Part shown: positions 1 to 8,672 of the stretch, piece after piece
Layout: the number at the start of each line of letters is the position of its first letter
Numbering within the stretch: the first letter of the stretch is position 1
From: a candidate division FCPU426 bacterium
Lineage (GTDB): Bacteria > Oederibacteriota > Muellerivitia > Muellerivitales > Muellerivitaceae
Assembly (NCBI GenBank): GCA_963847625.1
Contig: CAWKAR010000027.1
Location: forward strand, 257,707-321,706
Length of the DNA stretch: 64,000 bases
Direction: 5' to 3'
Made by a program: the position numbers and the translations under genes
The notes under the pieces: model-generated
Databases searched by the model: none
What the model saw: the letters and a program-made list of their open reading frames with translations, nothing else
Told to the model about the DNA's origin: nothing

Positions 1-735
1 ATTCGTGCCTACGTCCGTCGTCAATTGAAACGAGGCTGGTCACCAGAACTCATTTCAGGTCGATTAGGTCACCTACGGCCTAAGCAAACCATTGGTCCTG
101 AAGCTATCTATCAGTGGGTTTACGCTGAAGCCACTGAGCTGATTCCTTGCCTAGTTCGACACCACCGGCGACGATTCTCATTTGGCCACAGCCGTAAGCA
201 CGCCAAAAACCATATCCCAGGCCGTGTTTCCATCGATAAGCGCTCCGAGATCGCCAATCAACGCAAGCAATTCGGCCATTGGGAAACCGACACCATGGTC
301 TCTCGTCAGAGTAAAGTGGCTATGCGGGCTCTCGTCGAGCGTCAAAGCCGTTTTTCCAAGTTGGGAAAGCTCAAACGAAAGACCGCTCGCCAAATGAGTC
401 ATAGCCTCAACCGCGCTTTATGCCGCTTCCCTCAAGACGCCCGCTTGAGTCTGACCTATGACAACGGAACCGAAAACACCAACCACTTGGAAACCAACCA
501 CGTGCTTGGTACAAAATCCTTTTTCTGCGCCCCTTTCCACAGTTGGGAAAAAGGTACTGTGGAAAATACTATCGGTCTTGTCCGCCGCCATTTGCCTAAA
601 AAGACTGATCTTGCTAAAGTGTCCTTCAAAGAATTCAGGGCCATAGAAAGATGGCTCAATAACAGACCCAGGAAATGTTTGGGCTTTAAAACTCCGGCGG
701 AAGTCTTCCGGCGAAGTGTTGCACTTACTCCGTGA
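1..735 (+). CDS. IS30 transposase, 5'-partial
   Basis: DDE motifs as above; near-identical to copy B. Confidence 0.93.
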   Translation: MRAYVRRQLKRGWSPELISGRLGHLRPKQTIGPEAIYQWVYAEATELIPCLVRHHRRRFSFGHSRKHAKNHIPGRVSIDKRSEIANQRKQFGHWETDTMVSRQSKVAMRALVERQSRFSKLGKLKRKTARQMSHSLNRALCRFPQDARLSLTYDNGTENTNHLETNHVLGTKSFFCAPFHSWEKGTVENTIGLVRRHLPKKTDLAKVSFKEFRAIERWLNNRPRKCLGFKTPAEVFRRSVALTP

Positions 736-742
736 ATTCGGC
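1..742 (+). mobile_element. IS30-family insertion sequence, copy A (left part outside window)
   Basis: Transposase ORF to 735 with IS30 motifs (GHWETDT, TYDNGTE, WEKGTVEN, LNNRPRKCLGFKTP). Terminal IR GTGTTGCACTTACTCCGTGAATTCGGC at 716-742. Confidence 0.95.
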
Positions 743-1013
743 GTTTCTATTTTTGAGAAGATATGAAGGGAAGCTTTTGTTCATTATGTTTGGATACACG
801 TTAGTATTTTATGGATTTTGGTTTCTGATATTTAAGTATTTACTGCGGATTCGAACAGTAGATGAATATTTAAAACTAGCCATTATGTGTTTATTCATCA
901 TTGGGACGAGTGCAGGGAGTTATGTTTTGATTGCTATGGGAGTAGAAAAATTTGTGGCTACAGAGTTATTTGGGATAATCCATCCGTTAATAAAACAGCC
1001 AACCACATATTAC

Positions 1014-2716
1014 CCCGGATTTCCCAGATGAAATTACCTTTCGAGTATAATAAGGCGTCGTTTGGCCATACAAACAAAGGTTTTTCTTCACTTTGGGGAC
1101 CACGAGAGGGGGGAATGCAATGGGTGAAAGGGGAAAAGACGCTCTTCGGGTGGTTTTTGATCCTGGTCTCAAGCTGGAGTTCCATGGCGCGAAGGTCACT
1201 TCCGATGGCGGGTTGATTCCCTATCGTGAACTCGATGAAGCCTTTGGTTTGACTGACAGAACGGAAAACCTTCTGAGGGATCGGCGAACCGGCAAGAATA
1301 CGCAACATACGATGACGGCGCTTTTGCGGCAATCAATCTACAGCCGCCTAGCCGGTTACGAGGACACCAACGACGCAGAACGATTGAGTGTTGATCCGGC
1401 GATGCGGCATGTGATCGGAGGACGGGCCAAGGAAAAACAAGCTGCCTCCACCAGCCAGATGGGACGTTTCGAGACGGAAGTTCTCACCCAGTCGAAGAAC
1501 CAGACCGGTCTGATTGACCTATCTGGCCAATGGATTGATGGTGTCCATGAAAAAAAGCCCATCCAGCAGATTATTCTCGACATGGACAGCTCCGTGAGTG
1601 AAACCTACGGGGACCAAGAAGGTTCCTTGTACAACGGTTACTTCGGCTGTACCTGTTACCATCCCCTGTTTTGTTTCAACCAGTTTGGCGATTTGGAACG
1701 GGCAATGTTGCGCAACGGCAATGTGGCCAGCGCCCACGAGTGGCGGTCGGTTCTTGAACCAGTGGTTGTCCGTTATCGGGGTCTTTCCATCAGCCGTTTT
1801 TTCCGGGGTGACGCGGCCTTCGCCCGTCAGGAACTATACGAGTACCTAGAAGACGAAGGATACCTTTATGCGATCCGCCAACCCGCCAATGGCGTGCTAC
1901 AAAGAGAAATTGAGCCATTTTTGACCCGTCCCGTGGGCCGCCCTTCCCACAAGCCGGTTGTCCGGTATCACAGCTTCCAATACCAAGCCGTCAGCTGGGA
2001 CAAACCCCGCCGCGTGGTGGCGAAGATTGAGCATCACAACGGCGAACTTTTCCCGAGGGTGGGTTTCATCGTGACGAACATGCGACGACCGGCACCCCAG
2101 GTGGTGAAGTTCTACAACGGAAGAGGTACGGCTGAGCAATGGATCAAGGAGGGAAAGTACGCGATGAAGTGGACAAGACTAAGCTGCCACGACTTCGCGG
2201 ACAACCAAGTAAGGTTGCAACTATTTGCACTGGCTTACAACTTGGGCAACTTCCTTCGCCGTCTAGCCCTGCCAGAACTGGTGAAGCATTGGTCGCTGAC
2301 GACGTTGCGAGAAAAACTTATCAAAATCGGAGCTAACGTTATCCGCCATTCGCGGTACGTGGTTTTCCAGATGGCGGAGGTGATGGTTACCCAACGCCTG
2401 TTTGCTGAAATCCTTGGACGGATAAGGCTACTGGCGATGGTAAGGCCGCGAGCGCCAGTACTGCGATAACCGCAGGAACACTTCATGGCTTCAACCGGAT
2501 CAACCATCGTGGGATAGGTGTGCGTTCACAACGAGAATTGGCTTTCTGGAAGGTCATTTTCAACTTTTTTGGGGCACAGAAACCCTTTTTTGGGCTCATT
2601 TCGCTGGCCTTGGGCCAGAAAATTCCGGATACGGGTGGAAGAAGCGGGGGGGGGAATATAATGAGAAACAAATTACCCGGCAATGTTTTCAGAGAAGGTC
2701 ATCTGGGAAATTCCGG
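1014..2716 (+). mobile_element. IS1380-family element
   Basis: IRs CCCGGATTTCCCAGATGA (1014) and TCATCTGGGAAATTCCGG (to 2716); 5-bp TSD ATTAC at 1009-1013 and 2717-2721. Confidence 0.95.
1120..2469 (+). CDS. IS1380 transposase
   Basis: TSDGGL, LDMDSS, CYHPL, RGDAAF and YNGRGTAEQWIKEGK motifs. Confidence 0.95.
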   Translation: MGERGKDALRVVFDPGLKLEFHGAKVTSDGGLIPYRELDEAFGLTDRTENLLRDRRTGKNTQHTMTALLRQSIYSRLAGYEDTNDAERLSVDPAMRHVIGGRAKEKQAASTSQMGRFETEVLTQSKNQTGLIDLSGQWIDGVHEKKPIQQIILDMDSSVSETYGDQEGSLYNGYFGCTCYHPLFCFNQFGDLERAMLRNGNVASAHEWRSVLEPVVVRYRGLSISRFFRGDAAFARQELYEYLEDEGYLYAIRQPANGVLQREIEPFLTRPVGRPSHKPVVRYHSFQYQAVSWDKPRRVVAKIEHHNGELFPRVGFIVTNMRRPAPQVVKFYNGRGTAEQWIKEGKYAMKWTRLSCHDFADNQVRLQLFALAYNLGNFLRRLALPELVKHWSLTTLREKLIKIGANVIRHSRYVVFQMAEVMVTQRLFAEILGRIRLLAMVRPRAPVLR

Positions 2717-3142
2717 ATTACATATTTTGGGTCATTGCGATGATTTGGTGGCTACTGGCCATTGTGATTGCTGTATTTAGGATTGCCAAGGATAGAAATC
2801 GCAGAAGAAAACCAACATCGATTATTATGCGTATTATTGGAGGTTTGGTCAGTCTATTGTTTCTAACAGGAGCGACAATGATGTTGGGGACGGAAAAAGA
2901 GCTATTTAATCCAGATTTGGTGAAACCACTATTACCCTTTTTATTTGCGGGTTTGCTATTCGGGGGTTATGCGTTTTTTGGTATTGATTTAATAGATTCA
3001 GACAAAAAACGCTAACTTGTTGGTAAGAATTCTGCAATAAGTCCAATATTCGCGGCCTTAGGCTTGAATTACCGCGAATTTGACGGTTCGAAAATGGTTC
3101 GACGGGCTCACCAGAATCTCGTCATGCTGGGGACGGTTGAAA

Positions 3143-3301
3143 ATGTTTAAACAATTGAATTTATTAATGAAAATCTCAATATCTTTAGTTTTGTCGTTTT
3201 TATCTGTTCTAATCGTTTTCTTAATTTGGAAAATCACAATTGGTAAGGCGATTTCATCCATGTTGGTTTTAGCCGCTCTATTTTTCTTTGTGCTTTTATA
3301 A
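3143..3301 (+). CDS. Small hydrophobic hypothetical protein
   Basis: 52-aa AT-rich ORF with two TM-like segments. Confidence 0.3.
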   Translation: MFKQLNLLMKISISLVLSFLSVLIVFLIWKITIGKAISSMLVLAALFFFVLL

Positions 3302-3341
3302 GTTATTAATTTTTTATCTGTTTATAACGAATTTAATAGTT

Positions 3342-4396
3342 GCCGAATTCACGGAGTAAGTGCAACACTTCGCCGGAAGACTTCCGCCGGAGTTTTAAAG
3401 CCCAAACATTTCCTGGGCCTGTTATTGAGCCATCTTTCTATGGTCCTGAATTCTTTGAAGGACACTTTAGCAAGATCAGTCTTTTTAGGCAAATGGCGGC
3501 GGACAAGACCGATAGTATTTTCCACCGTACCTTTTTCCCAACTGTGGAAAGGGGCGCAGAAAAAGGATTTTGTACCAAGCACGTGGTTGGTTTCCAAGTG
3601 GTTGGTGTTTTCGGTTCCGTTGTCATAGGTCAGACTCAGGCGGGCGTCTTGAGGGAAGCGGCATAAAGCGCGGTTGAGGCTATGACTCATTTGGCGAGCG
3701 GTCTTTCGTTTGAGCTTTCCCAACTTGGAAAAACGGCTTTGACGCTCGACGAGAGCCCGCATAGCAACTTTACTCTGACGAGAGACCATGGTGTCGGTTT
3801 CCCAATGGCCGAATTGCTTGCGTTGATTGGCGATCTCGGAGCGCTTATCGATGGAAACACGGCCTGGGATATGGTTTTTGGCGTGCTTACGGCTATGGCC
3901 AAATGAGAATCGTCGCCGGTGGTGTCGAACTAGGCAAGGAATCAGCTCAGTGGCTTCAGCATAAACCTACTGATAGATAGCTTCAGGACCAATGGTTTGC
4001 TTAGGCCGTAGGTGACCTAATCGACCTGAAATGAGTTCTGGAGACCAGCCTCGTTTCAATTGACGACGGACGTAGGCACGAATTCGTTTTGTTTTCAGGC
4101 GTAAACGGCGTGCTCGTTGTTGGTTGCGGTCAACATACCGTTGATGGGCTCGATGAGAAAGATAATAACCAGAACGGATAGGGGGAGCATTGCGCTTGAG
4201 TTCCCTGGAGAGGGTGGAAGGAGACCTCTTCAAGGCGCGTGAAATTGCTCGAAGGCTAAGACCCTTTCCTTTCAAGACGGATAAATGATCTCTTTCTTCA
4301 ACGCTTAAATGCTTGTATTTCTTTTTCATAGCCGCATATCCTATTCATGCGGCCTTCTTCAGACACTAAGTGTTGCACTTACTTATGGAACTCGGG
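3342..4396 (-). mobile_element. IS30-family element, copy B (complete ends)
   Basis: 27-bp IRs at 3342-3368 and 4370-4396; TT/GTT target duplication. Confidence 0.95.
3349..4329 (-). pseudogene. IS30 transposase with nonsense mutation
   Basis: The TGG (W) codon of copy A is TAG at 3967-3969 here. Confidence 0.9.
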
Positions 4397-4916
4397 TTAT
4401 TCAATTTTTGTGAATTGTTGGCATATGGGAAGTCATGAATCCGCATTATTATGGAAATGTTACTGCCCTTCGGGTGAAGGCGTGGCGATCAAATCAAGTT
4501 ACGGAAATTTAGCAGAAAGTTTGAACGTAGAAAAAAATCAAATATTCCATATTGGGATAGTTAAATATATTGATTACAAAAATGAAATGATACCTGAAGG
4601 AAATTTATTTTTTAATTTTTTACATAAGAGACTTTATTTCAAAAGCGAAAGGGAATTGAGAGTAATTGCTTGGATAGTTGAACGGAAAGACGGAATGCCG
4701 TTGTTTGAACCAACAAGCCCAAACTTCGATATTGATGATACAAAATATTTCGGTTTTTATTTCCCCGTTGATTTAAACAAATTAGTAGAAGCAATTTATT
4801 TACCACCTTCTGCCCCTGATTGGTTACTGGATTTAACAAGAATTCAACTCAAAAATGCAAATCTAGGTGAAAAGCCAATAATAAAATCTGGATTGGATGA
4901 TAAGCCAATAAATTAA
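4397..4916 (+). pseudogene. DUF2971-like protein, N-terminus missing or interrupted
   Basis: NCWH..ES.LLW..Y..EGVAI and F..E.ELR motifs; the ORF-track start lies inside the IS end. Confidence 0.55.
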
Positions 4917-4992
4917 AGCTCAAAATATTTTTAATAAATAGATTTTCACCAAGAAGAACAAAAATATTAGAAAGGTATCCATGCGGGCCAGA

Positions 4993-5025
4993 GTTCTAAC
5001 TGTCCACCACGGGGAGCCGTTTAAA
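4993..5025 (+). repeat. tRNA-Asn-3'-like att-type direct repeat
   Basis: GTCCACCACGGGGAGCC at 5002-5018 is identical to 22201-22217. Confidence 0.7.
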
Positions 5026-5110
5026 AAGTGGGAAAAGGGGAATTTTGGGGGAACTTTCGGGGAATAAACTGGGAAATGGGGGATTAAGCAGGAATCCCTT
5101 GTAAAAGAAA

Positions 5111-5530
5111 AGTTCTAAATGCGTCCATGAAGGCCAGCCAATTAAGCCCCACTTTCTCATTGAGAAAGTGGGGCTTAATTATTTGAAGTGAAAGGATTCG
5201 AACCGGGAGGGGTTTGGGGAACAATTGGTCCCCGCGTTGTTCGAAGGGGTACACAGGGGGTTTTACCCCTGTGAGTGAAGCGGTTCGTATCCACCGCCCC
5301 GGCCATTTCTTCATATTCGGATTAAAATGAGTAAATGACTTGCACAGCTTTCCAACTGAAGTTCTATATGTATCCGTGCAGGGCGGCCAATTAAGTCCAT
5401 CCTCAATAATGGAGGATGGACTTAATTATTTGGAGTGGAAGGATTCGAACCTGGGGTACATAGGTTGTGTCCCTATGGCTGTTAGAAGTACACACAGGGA
5501 AAATACTTCTGTGCGCAAAACGGTTCGACA
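5111..5530. repeat. Two tandem structured repeat units (249-bp period) with tRNA T-arm-like ends
   Basis: Hairpins at 5140-5180 and 5389-5427, each followed by GGATTCGAACC...CGGTTCG. Confidence 0.75.
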
Positions 5531-5934
5531 ATCACAATTCGCATGAAGGAGAGGCCGTGGGTAGGCAGGGTTGTCATCATTCTCCCTTCCATGTCCGCTC
5601 CATCGCTTCGGACCCCGCCAAGTAAAATAAAAATTGTTTGAATAGTTAAAACATACGAATGACGCGCTCTGACTCCTCCGATATACTAACGAAATACAAA
5701 CAGAATCGTGTTCTTCAGTGAACGGTAAGAAATAAATGACATTGGAATCATGCGACTTGACCGGCCCCGTCCATCGCGCCCAATGGGTCCGAGAGATGGG
5801 CCGAAAATGGGGCGCCTGGGGTTGGTGGTGAAGCTGGCGTCTATTCCCGTTCTCCAAAACGTGGTTCTCAAGCGCTTCGGCCAGTTGCAGTATTACTCCA
5901 AGCACATGGGTGAACTCCCAGGCGGGAACAGACA

Positions 5935-7134
5935 ATGAAAAAACCAAGTTTTTTCTTATGCTACTTTGAGACGACCCGGCAATGCGACCAGGGCTGCCCC
6001 AACTGCATGACCAAGCGGACGGAGCCGCCGATCAAGACGGAGCTCTCCACGGAAGAGGCGGAGCGCCTGGTTCTGGATGAACTGAGGATCCTCTGCCCAA
6101 ATGGAGCGGTCTCCTTTTCCGGCGGCGAGATTCTGCAAAGGCCCGACCATCTGGAACTCATCACGCACAACGCCCGAAATGGCCTGTACACGTTTGTGAA
6201 TACCAGCGGCCAGGGCCTCGATTCGGCAAAACTCAAGCAGCTCAACCGGGCGGCCGGCAACCGGCTCACCATGGGTTTTTCCCTGGATTCCGTTCAGGAG
6301 GACGTCCAAGAAAAATGCCGCTCCGGCAACCTGGAAACCCTCGAACGCCTCTTTAAGATCTGCGATGAGAATAGGGTCCCCTTTTTCGTCCTGGTGACGG
6401 TTTCAAAACAGAATCTTGGCTCCCTTCGACGCACCATGGACTGGTTGTACGAGAAAAAGATCGCGGTGATCCGATCTCCCTTTGTGCCCCGAGGCGCGGC
6501 GGCAAAAGCCCGGCATTTATGCTGCGACCGCGATGACATGGAAAGTACGGTTTTTCCCTCCTTACGGGACAATCCTCTGTGCTATGTCAGTTATACGCCT
6601 TTTTTTGCCGCCCCAGACGCGATGAACCTGACTCTCGGCGGACGAGAACTGACCCTGGGCAACTTGGGTTGCCAAGCCGGCCGGACATTCATCGGCATCA
6701 ACGCGGAGGGCGACGTGGCACCCTGTGTTCATCTGCTGGACAGCCCAGTCACCTGCGGCAATGTACGCGAGCGGCCCTTGTCCAGGATCTTCCATGAGTC
6801 CGGGATCATGCGCGCTCTGCGTCATGAGCGTCCGGCAAAAGGCAAGTGCGCCCGCTGCCGCTATGGTGATTCCTGCCGCGGCTGCCGTTCCCTGGCTTAT
6901 TACCATACCGGCGACTATCTTGCGGAAGATCCCTCCTGTTTTTTCGAGCCTCAGGACGTCGGGACGCGAAGCCCTCATGAAGAGTTGCAAACCGCCAACA
7001 CCCGCGTTTTTCTGAATCACCTCGTGCGGAACCGCCCCTGGAGCGGAATCTTCGGTTCTTGGGGCCGGCTGGGCGTTTTCCTGCTGAATCTCAAGGCCGT
7101 GGTCAAGGGTTTTTTGAGGATCCGTTTTCTATGA
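5935..7134 (+). CDS. Radical SAM protein with SPASM domain
   Basis: CDQGCPNC motif, FSGGE, C-terminal CQAG..PC..CARC..CRGC cysteine cluster. Confidence 0.92.
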   Translation: MKKPSFFLCYFETTRQCDQGCPNCMTKRTEPPIKTELSTEEAERLVLDELRILCPNGAVSFSGGEILQRPDHLELITHNARNGLYTFVNTSGQGLDSAKLKQLNRAAGNRLTMGFSLDSVQEDVQEKCRSGNLETLERLFKICDENRVPFFVLVTVSKQNLGSLRRTMDWLYEKKIAVIRSPFVPRGAAAKARHLCCDRDDMESTVFPSLRDNPLCYVSYTPFFAAPDAMNLTLGGRELTLGNLGCQAGRTFIGINAEGDVAPCVHLLDSPVTCGNVRERPLSRIFHESGIMRALRHERPAKGKCARCRYGDSCRGCRSLAYYHTGDYLAEDPSCFFEPQDVGTRSPHEELQTANTRVFLNHLVRNRPWSGIFGSWGRLGVFLLNLKAVVKGFLRIRFL

Positions 7135-8474
7135 GGATCCTCTTGATCAAACCCAGATGGTTCGTCAAAGACGGAGTGTACCGCTTCCTCACCCGGGTGA
7201 CATTCCAATCCCTTCATTTGGGCATTCTGGCCGCTCTTTCGGAAGGGAACGACGTGAAGGTGATCGACCAGGATTGGGATGAAGTCCCTTTTGACGCGGA
7301 CTTCGATTTGGTCGGGCTCACCGCCACAACGTTCACCTCTCAAAGGGCGTTTGACATCGCGGATGTGTTCCGAAAGAGGGGCGTTCCGGTGGTGATCGGC
7401 GGAGTTCACGCCTGCCTGATGCCGGAGGAATGCCTGCAGCATGCGGACGCGATCGTCATCGGCGAGGCGGAATACGTATGGCCCCAACTGCTCAAGGATG
7501 CCGCAGCCGGCGAGCTTAAAAAAACCTACCGGCAGGACAAGCCCACCGACATGGATGACGTGCCGGTCCCCCGGCGGGACCTGCTCAGGCAGGATCCCCG
7601 GGTCGGCATGATCCAAGCAACGCGCGGCTGCAATCATGCCTGCCGGTTCTGCTACCTGCCCAGTGTGCCCTGGCACCGGCACCGCCAGCGGTCGCCGGAC
7701 AAAGTCTACGAGGAAATCAAGGGCATGAAGCAGAAGGTCCTCTTTTTTGTGGATGACAACCTGTTCGTGGACGAGGAATACGCCATCGCTTTGTGCGAGA
7801 AAATCGCGCCTTTGAAAAGGGCCTGGTCGGTCCAGGCGCCCACCACCGTCGCCCGCAACCCGAAGCTGCTCAAGGCCATGCGAAAATCCGGCTGTTTCTT
7901 CGTTCAGGTCGGGTTTCAGACCGTGCATCCGGACTCATTGCGGCAAGCCGGCGTGGTGCAGAACAAGATCGAGAACTATCAGGAGGCCGTGCGGCGGTTT
8001 CACGAGCACGGCATTCTGGTGCAGGGGTTCTTCATCTTCGGCTTCGACAACGAGGATCAGCGCATTTTTGAGACGGCGGAGTCCACTATCAAGAGGATGG
8101 GACTTGAGGACGCCCTGCTCTATATCCTGACGCCCTATCCCGGGACTCCGATCTATGATCAACTCAAGAGCGAGGGGCGCCTATTGCTCCATGAACGGGA
8201 AAATTACGGATGGGCCAATGCGGTGTTCAAGCCGGCCCTGATGACGGCTCAAGAGCTGGAAATGGGCGTGCAGCGGACCTACGAAAACCTCTTTCACTTT
8301 TTCAAGCGGCGCGCGCCGATGCAGATCCTGAAGTGGCTGCCTTTCTTTATGCGCCATCCCAGCCTTCTCACGCTTGTCTTGCGGGCGTTGAACCGAAAAG
8401 TCAAAATCATTGAGCGGCCAACCCAACAAACCGGTGATTCCGGTATTTCAACGGCGGCTTCCTGCCGGCGGTGA
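7131..8474 (+). CDS. B12-binding radical SAM protein
   Basis: VVIGGVHA..GEAE cobalamin domain and RGCNHACRFC; ATGA overlap with the upstream gene. Confidence 0.92.
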   Translation: MRILLIKPRWFVKDGVYRFLTRVTFQSLHLGILAALSEGNDVKVIDQDWDEVPFDADFDLVGLTATTFTSQRAFDIADVFRKRGVPVVIGGVHACLMPEECLQHADAIVIGEAEYVWPQLLKDAAAGELKKTYRQDKPTDMDDVPVPRRDLLRQDPRVGMIQATRGCNHACRFCYLPSVPWHRHRQRSPDKVYEEIKGMKQKVLFFVDDNLFVDEEYAIALCEKIAPLKRAWSVQAPTTVARNPKLLKAMRKSGCFFVQVGFQTVHPDSLRQAGVVQNKIENYQEAVRRFHEHGILVQGFFIFGFDNEDQRIFETAESTIKRMGLEDALLYILTPYPGTPIYDQLKSEGRLLLHERENYGWANAVFKPALMTAQELEMGVQRTYENLFHFFKRRAPMQILKWLPFFMRHPSLLTLVLRALNRKVKIIERPTQQTGDSGISTAASCRR

Positions 8475-8489
8475 AACCAATTGTTTCCG

Positions 8490-8595
8490 CTGCCCCGGGG
8501 TGGATAGCGAACGGCCGAACCGTGAAAGGTATGGGGAACCATTGGACCCCATGCTGTCCAAAAGGGTACACAGGGGGTTTTACCCTTGTGAGCTC
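8490..8595. repeat. Third (partial) copy of the structured element
   Basis: CGAACCG..GGGGAACCATTGGACCCC..GGGTACACAGGGGGTTTTACCCTTGTGAG matches 5199-5275. Confidence 0.8.
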
Positions 8596-8672
8596 ACTCA
8601 ATAAGGAACGGGAGTTTTCCGGCAAATGTTTTATGGTACGATCAAGTCTTTGGAATAGGTTGGATTGAAAAA

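Larger units (their letters stand above)
743..3015 (+). pseudogene. Multi-TM membrane protein split by IS1380 (5' end probably cut by IS30)
   Basis: Removing 1014-2716 plus one ATTAC joins ...KQPTTYY in frame to IFWVIAMIWW...DSDKKR. Confidence 0.75.

Noticed and set aside
1..4396. Composite transposon from inverted IS30 A and B
   Set aside because: Copy B appears to have its own short TSD, and the outer end of A is outside the window, so it cannot be supported.
5750..5938. RiPP precursor for the radical-SAM pair
   Set aside because: No leader/core pattern; more like the remnant of a truncated upstream gene.
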